A DNA stretch of 64,000 nt, taken from NCBI GenBank assembly GCA_043228905.1, contig JBHGNT010000020.1, forward strand, positions 6,386,001 to 6,450,000. Direction: 5' to 3'. Positions 47,546 to 59,101 of the stretch are shown piece after piece. Position 1 is the stretch's first letter, and each line of letters begins with the position of its first letter. The position numbers and the translations under genes were made by a program. Under the pieces are notes generated by a model. It saw only the letters and a list, made by a program, of their open reading frames with translations, ran no database searches and was not told the DNA's origin. The DNA comes from Azolla caroliniana (lineage: Eukaryota > Plantae > Polypodiophyta).

Positions 47546-50500
47546 CAATGTTGGGCAAGGTCCTAGAAATAGTGTCAAGGTTCCGGTTGAATTGGGACTT
47601 TTGCCGGTCACCATGAGAGACAGCCGGAATTGATTCCGGAATCTAGCCAGTTCATATTTTATATAGCCGGAATCTATTTATATAGATTAGAAAAAGGTAT
47701 TGTATATTTATGTAAATATTTCTTTTCCCCCTCTTTTTCCCTATTCTTCATTTTTTTTATTGTTCACGAATCAAAAATAACGAATCACTGCTTCCCTTGT
47801 TCGTGCTGCTCGCTGCTAGCTGTCTGTTCCATTCTTAGCGTAGCGCTGCTCCATTCTTTCTTCTCCGCGTTGCCTTCCTTATTCCTTGCTTGGCTCCTTG
47901 CCGCTTGCTCCTCCTTGCTTGCTCGTTGCCCATTACTCCTCCTTGCTCACTTGTTGCTGATTGATCCTCTTTGCTCGCTCGTTGTTGATTGTGCCTCCCT
48001 GCTTGCTCGTTGTTGATTGCTCCTCCCTGCTCCCCCATTGTTGATTGCCCCTAGAGATTTCCAGCTCTTCCCTCTTTTGTAGAACCATCGTCTTCACCCC
48101 TCCCGACACACACGTCAACGTCAACGTCAATACACAAAGAATCCTTCTCTCCCTCCCTCTCTCTCTCTCAGTCTATTTCTTGCTCTTGTTTCATGCGCGC
48201 GCTCAAGGATCGCTTCAAACCAACGTATGTATACCTGTTTCTGTTCGTCCTCGATCCCGTTTCCTTTAAAGAATTAAATTCATGGAGCCTCTTTAAACTA
48301 CATTGTGCATCATTTCGTTTATGCGTATCCCGTTCTCTCGTTCTTTTCACGTGTTCTTTTTTAGCCTAAAAGTCCCATCATTCTTCATCTTCTTTCAAAT
48401 AAGCTTATGTTCTTTCGTCAATAAAGGTGATTTCTTGTTCAGATTGTGTTTGATATACAGGAAATCATTCTTGTTTTCTCCCTCAAAGTAAAAAATGGAA
48501 GGAAACATTATTAGGTTTAAGTTAAATACATTATGTATTTTGATTCAGTTATACGCTTCAATTTTAACTTCACATAAAATTTGCAGGTCGTTGTTGGTTG
48601 CTCCTCCCTACTCGCTCGTTGCCGATTTCTCATCCTTGCTCTCTCGTTGCCAATTGGTCATCCTTGCATGCTTGTTGCCACTCTACCACTCTAGTACGTA
48701 TGTTTGTCTTTCTCTGTTTATGAATTCTCTCTATTTTCTCTCTTTTTTTTTTATCTATTTTCTCTATTTTCAAATAACATAACCATTTGAATAAGTTATG
48801 ACAGTGGAGAATAAGAGTAAATAGACTATGAATGCTTCATATCCATGTGATTGAAAACTTACAAATGTAAAATAACTAAATGTCTGTTGCATTCCAAATT
48901 AACGATTTGCACTTAATTGTGTGCTTGCAATCACATTATTAAGGCCATCAAATTATTGCAAGTCTTATGTTTACATTGTGCAAAATGAGGAGGCTCTAGT
49001 AAATCTATTCTATGGCTGCCCTCAAAAAAAAATTGAATTCATATAATAGTCATGAAGACTTAAACATCTACAACATTGTTATTTGTCACGTTCGCTCATG
49101 ATAAAATCATGTCATTCATGAAAGCACACAAATCACCTAATTTCTAGGAACGAGTGATAAAGTCATGTCAAGGGCCTCTAAGTTCCATCAACCATAAACC
49201 CTTCAAACGATGAGGAATTTACATTCATGCAAGGAGTATATGTTGGAGAATGCATTGAAGATTTACTTATAAGTATTATGTTTGTCTTTTGAATATAAAT
49301 CAATATAATTGTCATACTCACAACATAATATCTAATTTTGTATCTAGATTCTAGATAGATATACACCAACATACATAGATATATTTCACACGGAGGCTTA
49401 ATTGTAAAACAAAGAATGTCTATTTCTCTATATTACCCAAGTATCCACACCAATGTTTGATTGTCAAATGTGTTTCATTTATTACAAGCCTTTAGATTGA
49501 AGAAGATGGCTCTCCGCATGCCCCAAAAGTTGGTCAATTTTAGATATGCTAGCTTAATTTTTCATTATCAATACAATCTTCCATCATAGTATTCGTACAT
49601 TTTAATACAAAGTCTGATCAAATTCTCAATTTTTTTTCATACATGTTATCACATATGTACAACTTTGCATGGCACAAAATTTGTAGCAAGGACATTTATC
49701 TTTAATGACTCTATCAAAAGTGTTTGATTGATCAATTGTTCATGACAAAATGTTCATTTAATTGCATTTGTATTGTCCTCTTGTTTTAATATATATGTAC
49801 ACTACCTTTTTTCTCTTCATCCTTTCCTTCAATATGGTTTGCAATATATTTGTTCCCTGAATGTCTTTCACATTACATACATGGATTTGCATGTGTGTGT
49901 AAGCTAATGTGAGCCATCCTCTTTCATCTTTATTTTTGGATAGATTGGAAGATCTATAGTGGAAACTTGATCCTTATTGCCTCATAATCTTCAAATATCC
50001 CAGGTATCTTAATTTGTTTTTTCTCTTTGGGTTCCAATGAAGATGTGTCTCTAGAAGAGCCTATAAAGGACCATCAACATTCTAAAGAATTACTTCATGA
50101 GATGGATAGAATTAGTACGACCAAACTAAAATTTCAAGAAGATTCACTTACTAAATTTAAGTGGCTTCAAGAGGATTTGGAAACTGGTCTTTTATGGTGT
50201 AGTTATTGTAGGAGTGATCCTCATTCTAAGTCTTTATTTGGTAAAACAGGTGCCAAAAACTTTAAGACTTCTGCATTAGAAGAACATGCAAGAAGTGTGG
50301 CCCATCGAGATGCCATTTCGTTACAAGAACGAGACAAGAATGGTCTTGAAAAATGTGCATAAAAAAAAGAAGCTAGTGTGGATGTAGCAATTGAAAATTT
50401 GTTTAAATGTGCATATTTTATAGCTAAAGAGGATTTGGCATTTAGAAAAATTGGAAAGCCTCTTACGATTGTTAAGAGAATGTGGTGTGGAAGGCCTTCC

Positions 50501-52521
50501 ACGAATGTATAACGATAATAAGGCTTGTGCAAGCTTTACCTTTTACATTAGCAAGGCTCTTGAAGCTAAGATCTATGATAGGTTGAGGAAAAGTCATTGG
50601 TTTGGACTTATGGTAGATGAAGCTACCAATGTAAGCGTAACCAAGAACTTGATCCTTTACGCTACATTTGTGGAAGGAAGGCAAGTAAGAACCTCTTATT
50701 TGGGGTTACTTGAAGTAGAGGATGGTACATCAAACACAATAACAGAGAGCATTTTAGCATTGATAAAAAAGTGGAAGTTGGATGTTAGAAAATTGATGGG
50801 ATTTGGAGGTGATGGAGCATCCGTTACGGTAGGTACGTCTACAAGATTGAAGTCATATAACCCATTTATGACTTCATTACATTATTGTGCACATCGAACA
50901 AACTTGTGTGTACAAGAGGCTTCAAAGAACATTGAAGTCAAAGAAACATTGATGCCCTTGTGAATCGGGTGGTTGCACATTTCTCGAGGAGCTCAATGCG
51001 CCAAAGTGAATTAAATAAGATGCAAGATGCATTAGAATACACACATTTGCATATTCTCGGGATTGTGAAGACACGATGGCTTAGTCGGCATGGTGCAACC
51101 ATGAGGGTATGTGATGTGTATGAACCCTTGATGAAGACTTTGCAATCGCAAAGTGATGCATACAATGTATTCTTAAGTTTAAGAAAATTCAAAGTAGTGT
51201 ATATGCTTCACTTCCTTGCAAATTTACTTAAGATCATGTCAACGTTAAGTATGGAATTCCAAAAGAAATATATGGATGTGACATGCATTGGAGGTTTGGC
51301 TATGATAGCCATTGGGGAGATAGAAGAACAATTTCTACGTCATTTTATGATGGATCTCAATGGTTTTGAGAAGGATAGCTATAATTATCCAATTATTCCA
51401 GAATATGGTAGAGAAAAAGGAATGCTTTCAGTTTTAAGAGATGTTATTAAAGGTAATATGTATAAAAGCATCCTCATGGATAGAAGTATTGATGGTGAGG
51501 ACTTAATTAAAGCCATACGATTCCAAACTTTGTTTTTTAAGGCATTAATAGAGACAATAAAAAAGAGGCTTCAAGATATAGTAACCCTTTCCGCATTGAA
51601 AATGTTATCACCAATGAACATTTCTACCGGATCTACAACCATTTTAGCACGAAAAACTATGGGTCTTAATGAGTTGAAAACACTTGGAAATTTTTATGGC
51701 ATTCAAAAAATGGTAGATGGGAACGCGTTTCCTCCCATAATTGATAATGATAAATTGTATGATGAATATGCAATTTTCAAAAGGCAAGCTACCACGGAAT
51801 GGCTTGGAAGAGATTTCTTAGATGTTTGGGGTATGATAAATTGTAATGATGTGTGGAAAGAAAAGCTATCGGAACTTCTAAAGCTTTCATTGATAGGGTT
51901 AATTCAATGTTCTTCTACAACAGCATGTGAGAGAGGCTTTAGTCGCCTAAATCTAATAAAAAATAAGTTTAGAAATAGGCTAAAAAACAATGTGGTTGAT
52001 GCATTGATATGAATCTCTATTGAAGGACCTGAACTAGAAGAACATGACTTTAGTGCCAACATTTTGTTGTGGCGAGAAAGCAAGGCATATCGTCATATTT
52101 TTATAGGAACTTCTCATGAGCATGATGATGACATCGAGGACTTCATAGAAGATATAGATTAAAACTTTGTAAATTTGATCGATTTTGTTTTGGAACTTTC
52201 TATATATTAGATCTAATTTGATCTAATATGCTCTAATTTGATCTACTTTACAAAGGTTTGAAAAGTGAATTTTGTTTATAAAGTTAGAATTTATTTTTGG
52301 TAAATATATATCTTTAGTTTTTGGGATCCAAAATTTTGTGATTGATTTGATTTGGTATTGCGCTAGATTTTTTTTTTGTATGCGGCCAAAAAAAAATTCA
52401 ACATGTTTCGGTTGACATTGTCGTTGGTAGGAACGTGGCCGGCCAAAATTTTAAAATTCCGGTTAGGTTCATGAGAAGCAGGAAAAATTCCGGTAGGGGC
52501 TAGAGACTTTGCGCAACACTA
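47546..52521 (+). mobile_element. hAT DNA transposon
   Basis: Degenerate TIRs CAATGTTGGGCAAGGTCCTAG and (rc) TAGTGTTGCGCAAAGTCTCTAG. 8-bp TSD GACACGTC/GACATGCC. Subterminal CCGG-rich motifs. Confidence 0.85.
50027..52162 (+). pseudogene. hAT transposase (ZNF862-like) with stops and frameshifts
   Basis: Zinc-finger-like LLWCSYC…EEHARSVAH; MVDEAT, GDGASV, HYCAHRTNL, TRWLSR; dimerisation motif STTACERGFSRLNLIKNKFRNRL. Confidence 0.9.
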
Positions 52522-53982
52522 GACATGCCTGTGGGACAGTGCATTGCACGGTGAACCCACTCGCCATGACAATTCTTCTCGATCGCAACTCCAACGGTCG
52601 TCTCAACGGTCGGAAATCCCTCGATCGGATCACTGCTCTACGATCGATAAGTTCGATCGGAGCTTTGCTTGACTCGAACCTTCTCGTTCGGTCAGCATAA
52701 GTCGCGATTGGATCATACGCCAATCAGTTAGTTCACTATGGCATGGGTCGTGAAATGATGTTGTGCGCTTCTGTATTCTTTCTTTCATCATGTGAGTTGT
52801 GTTTTCAAAATTTCATGATTTGTACCCCTTGGTTTTAGAAATTTTCGTTTTTTACCCTCAAATTTTTGAAATTTTAATGGATACCCTGTTCTCCTCTCTG
52901 CCCCTGTTCTCTTTCTTATTTCTTTTTCATCTTTGTACACTTTCTTCTTCGTCTCTCTCTAGCCCTATTCTTGGTCGCGCGTCTCGGTCATCTTCTCAGC
53001 CACAAGTTTCGGTCGTATCCTTGGGCGTGCATCTCGGTCGTGCTCTCGGTCGCACGTCTCGGCTATATTCTCGTCCGCGCATCTCGTCCGGCTTCTCAGC
53101 ATCGCATCTCGGCCGTCTTCTCGGTCGTGCTATCGGCCGCGCGTCTCTCACCCGTACTCTTGACCGCGTGTCTCTGGGTGGTACTCTCGACCGCGCGTCT
53201 CGGCTGTACTCTCGGCCAGTGCTCGGATGACTGTCTCTCGGTCATCGCCAACAGACTCTATTTCCTGGCTGTCCGACCGGCTCTGTCCCACCGATTGTGG
53301 GACGTCTATCCGGCCGGCTCCATCTGTATGACCTTTTTCGTTCCTTGACCGTCTCGCTGACTGGGGTTCGACAGATTGCAGTGGCATTTTGTGGTGTTGG
53401 AGTAAGGGTAGGAGATTGGCGTGCCACCATGATTGTGCTACTCTCCATGGACAACGATTTCTGCTGCATTCGTAGCTGCTGTTTCTCTTTCTGCACTTTA
53501 AGCAGCAGCTTGGCTTGATCTGATACTTGAATCTCCTTTTTAGCAGAACATCCCTGAATCACATCAATCTTGGTTCGGATTTGCTTTGCTCTATCAACCC
53601 AATGAGGAGTGTTATGTGTCTCTCCAAATGACATATTGCTCTATCTGATGTTAGTTATCATAGAAGTCTGGTAAGCACCACCTAGTGAGTCTTTGAGGAG
53701 TTGTGTGAGCTTCGAGCTTCAAGTTCCTGAATGGAATGTGCCTCTTTCCCTCAACCAGGGCATTGATGCAGCTGCTTAGAGCAAGCATAGAACGATTAAT
53801 GTTGGCTCCCTTGAGTGACCTAATGGTTCGTTAATATGTTGTTGAGTCCCTTTCTATACCCGCCAGATCAATCAGTGAAAGCTTCCCAGTTCTACAAACA
53901 TAGTGGGAATCATGCTTCACCTTGCATTCAATACTCACATGCAAGATCACATGCAATCGAGAGGAAGTTTCAGTGGCTCTTG

Positions 53983-56900
53983 TGATAGTAAGAAAAGGCC
54001 AAATATGTTATTTCTTACTATTTACGCATAGGTATAAAAACTAATAGAAATGAGGGTTTCTAGTGCCCCCAAAAAGTTGTGTATTTTTCTCTGTCTGTGT
54101 GTTGTTCGACATTTTCTCTGCAGGTAAGGAAGAACAACAGCTCGTCCGTCTCCATCGTTCTTCTCCAACAGTGGTATCAAAGCTTGGACCTCGTAAGACT
54201 GTGTGTGCCAGCAAGCATCCGACCTTTCTACGTTTCCCCCCTTTGCACATGCTATTTTTCAGGACCTCGACAGAGGTAATATCTAGTACGCTTCTCGTCT
54301 GAACATTTCTTTTTTGTGTGTCAATCTTTTGGGAAAAAAAAAAAATAGACCTTTGGTGAAAGCTAGAAATAGAGAAGACTCACTGTTTCTAGTATACACA
54401 GAGAGAATTTACAAGTAAAAGAACTTGTATTTGGTTTTCCCAATGCTTGCTCACTTGATGTCACTTGATGTGAGTTTCTGACGTTGAAGTTACGTCTTAG
54501 TTGCAGTCCTTTTGCCTTGGCTGATATAAGAGAGAGGTGTTGTCCTCAATTGAACACAAACACCTACCCTAGAACACGGTTTGAGTCTAGGTAGTGAGTA
54601 GTGTCTCAACTATTCTTAGTTGCTTATATTTGGGATTGACCAAGTTTACCTAGCATCCAAATGGCTGCCTATGAAATGTCTGAGGTTTCAAGTACCTCAC
54701 GCGGTGGTTCGTTCAATTCCCATAGAAATCACTCTATGAGTGGAAAAGACCACCTTGAGATCCGTAAATTTGACGGATCCAACTTTGCCCTGTGGAAGAA
54801 TCAGATGAGAGATGTCCTGATTCAAAGAAGGCAATTAAGAGCTATAAGTGGTGAAGCCAAGAGACCCGAGGGCATGACCAAGGACGATTGGGAAGAGCTC
54901 GATCTCTTGGCAATGTCTACCATAAGACTGCACCTAACTGACAATGTGTATTTCACAGTCTTGGACTGTGACTCAGCTGAAAAGCTATGGACTAAACTAT
55001 CCAGTACATACGAAAAAGAGACCGCATCAAACAAAGTTTATCTAATGAGAAAAATTTATGATCTTCGAATGAAGGACAATGATAGTGTCGCCTCTCATTT
55101 GAATGATTTTGATGCATTATGGTCACAATTACTGGCTCAGAAAATGATTTTTGATGATGAGCTGAAATGTGTATTTTTGTTATGCACTTTGCCTAGCTCA
55201 TGGAACACTTTTTGCACCGTTATTAGTGCAAGTGCACCAAATGGGAAATTAGTCTATAATGACATATGTGGAGCTCTTTTGGGTGAAGAAATTCGTAGAA
55301 AATCACACAATGGAGATGCATATAATGTTTCTGATGTTGGTCCTCGCAAGAACCAACACCGTGGTAGGAGCCAAACAAGAAATAGTAGTGGAAATGATAG
55401 AGGTAGAAGCAAATCTAGGAAGAAAAATATGGAGTGTTATTACTGTCATAAAAAGGGACACCTTAAGAAAGACTATTATGCCCTTAAAAATAAGGAGAAA
55501 GATAATGCTAGAGGGCATGGTAGACAATCTAGTGGTCCCTCTTCCTCGTTGGAAACGGAGGAAGTAAATGCAACATGTGATGAGACGGACATCTTGGTCC
55601 TAGATGATGTTAGCACACATGCTGGGGTGAACACAGTCTTTTCCCCATCACATACGTGGTTGTTGGACTCCGGTGCATCGTTTCATGTGACTCCACATAG
55701 AGAGTGGTTCACATGTTATGAAGCCAAGTCGCTTGGGAAAGTTCGACTTGGAGACTCACATCAATGTGATGTGATTGGCATTGGAAATATCTCAATGCAT
55801 TTTAGTGATGGTTCTCATCTGACCATTAAAGATGTACGCCACGTTCCTCAACTAACTCGTAGTTTGATTTTTGTTGGTCAGCTTGATGACAACGGATATA
55901 AGGTGATGTTTGCTTCTCAATCCTTTCGTATAACGAAAGGAAATATGATTGTTGCAAAAGGGAACAAAGTTGGTTCCCTCTACCCTTTATTTGTTCATCT
56001 AAAGGAACACTTGTTGGCTGTCACAGAACAGCCAATGACGAGCATTTGGCATGGTCGTTTAGGCCACATGTCAAGAAATGGCATGGAAATCCTATCTCGT
56101 TATGGCCACTTACCTAAGTTGTCATTCTTTGATTTTGCTTTATGTGAACATTGTCAACATGGTAAGAAAACTAGAAGTGCACATAAGACCAGTGTTAACT
56201 CATCCACTAAACCATTGGATCTTGTCCACACGGATGTTTGTGGACCTATGCCCACAAGATCTTTGGGCGGTGCACTATATTTTGTTACTTTCATTGATGA
56301 TGCCACTAGGAAATTTTGGGCTTATCCAATTAAGGGAAAGGATGATGTATACCCCACTTTCAGAAAATGGCTTAGTTTGGTTGAGCTGGAAAAGGACATA
56401 AAGCTCAAGGCCTTACGTTCAGACAATGGAGGTGAGTATACCTCTCATGAATTTGATGACTTTTGCAAGTCTAGAGGCATTCAGAGAGAGCTTATAGCTC
56501 CTTACACCCCTGTCCAAAATGGTGTGGCTGAGAGGATGAACAGAACCATCCAGGACAGAGTTGTCTCTATGCTACACCATGCAAACCTCTCGCAAGGTTT
56601 TTGGGTAGAAGCTGTTTTAACAGCAGTCCATGTGATTAACCTATCACTGAACACAACCATAGGTCTAAAAGTGGCACAAGAGTTGTGGACAAGCAAGACA
56701 CCTCATTATGCTCATCTTAGAGTTTTTGGATGCGAAGCATATGTACACATTCCAAAAACCTTAAGAAAGAAATTAGACTATAAATGCAGAAAATGTATAT
56801 TTCTTGGTTATGGAATTGATGGGCAGTTTGGATATCGCTTATGGGATCCTAACACACGTACTGTGGTCAGAAGTAGTGATGTTGTTTTTTATGAGAACAA

Positions 56901-59101
56901 AATGCATAAACAGACCGTAAAGGAGGTAGAAGTGAGGAAGGTTGCATTTAAAGATAGTACGCCTTTTGTTGATGTAAAACAGAAAAATCTCACTGATGTA
57001 GATGCTTCTACATGTGGGCAGTCACAAAAACCTGTTATTGGTCAGGATGAAGATGTCGAAAATGATGATGCTGAACACAATGATGTGCAAGATGATGTTT
57101 ATGCTCATAATGATGATGCTCAGAATGATGTTTCTCATGCACAACCTGATGGCACTCAGGTTCAGGATTCATTGAGGAGATCTACGCGTGTCTCCAAGGC
57201 ACCTAGTAAGTTTGCTGATTATGTAATGCTAACAGATGTCGATGAGCCTTCATGTTACAATGAAGCCATATCTGTAAATGACCATGTGAAATGGAAACAG
57301 GCCATGCAAAGTGAATTGGACAACATTTATAAAAATGGTACTTGGGATTTAGTACCTTTGCCAAAGGACAGGAAAGCATTGCCATGCAAATGGGTATACA
57401 AGTATAAGTATACATCTGATAGTGCTTCTCCAAAGTATAAAGCACGCTTGGTTGCCAAAGGTTTCAAACAAGAATATGGAATTGATTTTGATGAAACCTT
57501 TTCTCCTGTAGTTAAGATGACTACATTACGTATGTTGCTTTCATTGGCTGCAAATCAGAATTTGGAACTTGTCCAAATGGATGTGAAGACTGCCTTCTTG
57601 CATGGAGACCTTGATGAGGATATTTATATGGAACAACCAGAAGGTTATGAAGTATTGGGAAAAGAACATTTGGTATGTAAACTCAAGAAGAGTTTGTATG
57701 GGCTTAAGCAGTCCCTAAGGTTATGGTATCAGAAATTTGATGCTTTTATGAAGACTCAAGGATATACTAGAAGCAATGAAGATGCATGTCTTTATACAAA
57801 AAATTGTTCAGATGGGAGTTTTATCACCTTGATATTATATGTTGATGACATGCTTATTGTTGGTAAAAACAAGCACGAGTTATCCTCGTTAAAGAAAAAC
57901 TTGGGCCAGAACTTTGACATGAAGGATTTGGGAGATGCAAAACATATTCTTGGTATGCGTATCACTCGTGATAGGAGTAAGCGATGCATTTACTTGTCTC
58001 AAGCAGAGTACATATCGAAAGTGCTAAAGAGGTTTAATATGGAGAATGCAAAGCCGTTGAGCACTCCTTTGCCTACATATGTAAAACTGAGCACATGTGA
58101 TTGCCCCACATCTGATGAAGACAAGAAATCTATGTCCAAGGTTCCTTATCAATCCGCAGTCAAAAGTCTTATGTACGCTATGATAGCGACCAGGCCAAAC
58201 ATTGCTTTCGCAGTGGGAGCTGTGAGCAGATTTATGTCAAATCTTGGTAATAAACATTGGGAGGCAGTTAAACTGATTTTAAGATATCTGTGTGGCACTA
58301 AGAATAGGTGTCTATGTTTAGGTGGTGGAAATGTATCCATCATCGGATATACAGATTTTGATTATGCCGGCTGCTCTGACAGTAGAAAATCCACTTCAGG
58401 ATATATTTATCAGTTTATGGGAGGTGCGATATCTTGGAGATCTCGTCTCCAAAAATGTACTGCTCTGTCGACTACAAAAGCAGAGTATGTCACAGCTAGC
58501 GAAGCTTGTAAGGAAGCCGTATGGCTGTCCAGATTAGCTTGTGACATGGGCATATCTAAGCTTGTACCCATACTGTTTTGTGATAGTCAGAGTGCCATTG
58601 CATTGGCTAAAAACCTAGTATACCTTGCAAAGACCAAGCACATTGGAGTGAGATATCACTTCATTCGAGAATGCATAGCTGCTGGCTACATCAATCTTGA
58701 GAAAGTTGTTTCTCAAGAAAATGGTGCAAATGCATTGACCAAAGCTCTACCGCATGAAGCACTAGAGCATTGCTGCCACTTGATGGGGATTACTTAGGTC
58801 ATGAGATTACACATTGTTTCTTGTAACATACTCATCAAGTAGGATATGTAGGACTTGTTCAATCTTCCCATCAGCTTTGCTGATCTCTAGTTTGGCCTTT
58901 TAGTGGGAGATTGATAGTAAGAAAAGGCCAAATATGTTATTTCTTACTATTTACGCATAGGTATAAAAACTAATAGAAATGAGGGTTTCTAGTGCCCCTA
59001 AAAAGTTTTGTGTATTTTTCTCTGTCTGTGTGTTGTTCGACATTTTCTCTGCAGGTAAGGAAGAACAACAGCTCGTCCGTCTTCATCGTTCTTCTCCAAC
59101 A
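53983..59101 (+). mobile_element. Full-length Ty1/copia element
   Basis: LTRs 53983-54170 and 58912-59101 (TGATAG…CCAACA; few differences). Perfect TSD TCTTG. PBS TGGTATCAAAGC (tRNA-iMet-like). PPT TAGTGGGAGA. Confidence 0.97.
54661..58797 (+). CDS. Copia gag-pol polyprotein (1378 aa)
   Basis: Single ORF with gag KFDGSNFALWK, protease WLLDSGAS, integrase LVHTDVCGP/RSDNGGEY/NGVAER, RT QMDVKTAFL and YVDD, RNase H KTKHIGVRYHF. Confidence 0.95.
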   Translation: MAAYEMSEVSSTSRGGSFNSHRNHSMSGKDHLEIRKFDGSNFALWKNQMRDVLIQRRQLRAISGEAKRPEGMTKDDWEELDLLAMSTIRLHLTDNVYFTVLDCDSAEKLWTKLSSTYEKETASNKVYLMRKIYDLRMKDNDSVASHLNDFDALWSQLLAQKMIFDDELKCVFLLCTLPSSWNTFCTVISASAPNGKLVYNDICGALLGEEIRRKSHNGDAYNVSDVGPRKNQHRGRSQTRNSSGNDRGRSKSRKKNMECYYCHKKGHLKKDYYALKNKEKDNARGHGRQSSGPSSSLETEEVNATCDETDILVLDDVSTHAGVNTVFSPSHTWLLDSGASFHVTPHREWFTCYEAKSLGKVRLGDSHQCDVIGIGNISMHFSDGSHLTIKDVRHVPQLTRSLIFVGQLDDNGYKVMFASQSFRITKGNMIVAKGNKVGSLYPLFVHLKEHLLAVTEQPMTSIWHGRLGHMSRNGMEILSRYGHLPKLSFFDFALCEHCQHGKKTRSAHKTSVNSSTKPLDLVHTDVCGPMPTRSLGGALYFVTFIDDATRKFWAYPIKGKDDVYPTFRKWLSLVELEKDIKLKALRSDNGGEYTSHEFDDFCKSRGIQRELIAPYTPVQNGVAERMNRTIQDRVVSMLHHANLSQGFWVEAVLTAVHVINLSLNTTIGLKVAQELWTSKTPHYAHLRVFGCEAYVHIPKTLRKKLDYKCRKCIFLGYGIDGQFGYRLWDPNTRTVVRSSDVVFYENKMHKQTVKEVEVRKVAFKDSTPFVDVKQKNLTDVDASTCGQSQKPVIGQDEDVENDDAEHNDVQDDVYAHNDDAQNDVSHAQPDGTQVQDSLRRSTRVSKAPSKFADYVMLTDVDEPSCYNEAISVNDHVKWKQAMQSELDNIYKNGTWDLVPLPKDRKALPCKWVYKYKYTSDSASPKYKARLVAKGFKQEYGIDFDETFSPVVKMTTLRMLLSLAANQNLELVQMDVKTAFLHGDLDEDIYMEQPEGYEVLGKEHLVCKLKKSLYGLKQSLRLWYQKFDAFMKTQGYTRSNEDACLYTKNCSDGSFITLILYVDDMLIVGKNKHELSSLKKNLGQNFDMKDLGDAKHILGMRITRDRSKRCIYLSQAEYISKVLKRFNMENAKPLSTPLPTYVKLSTCDCPTSDEDKKSMSKVPYQSAVKSLMYAMIATRPNIAFAVGAVSRFMSNLGNKHWEAVKLILRYLCGTKNRCLCLGGGNVSIIGYTDFDYAGCSDSRKSTSGYIYQFMGGAISWRSRLQKCTALSTTKAEYVTASEACKEAVWLSRLACDMGISKLVPILFCDSQSAIALAKNLVYLAKTKHIGVRYHFIRECIAAGYINLEKVVSQENGANALTKALPHEALEHCCHLMGIT

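Noticed and set aside
47630-48782. Leu/Cys/Ser-rich ORFs
   Set aside because: Low-complexity (ttgctc)n subterminal or UTR sequence of the hAT element, with no protein motifs.
52799-53387. Overlapping Arg/Ser-rich ORFs
   Set aside because: They arise from CTCGG(C/T)C-type short repeats in the non-coding internal region of the LTR element; similar sequence occurs at 63660-63850.
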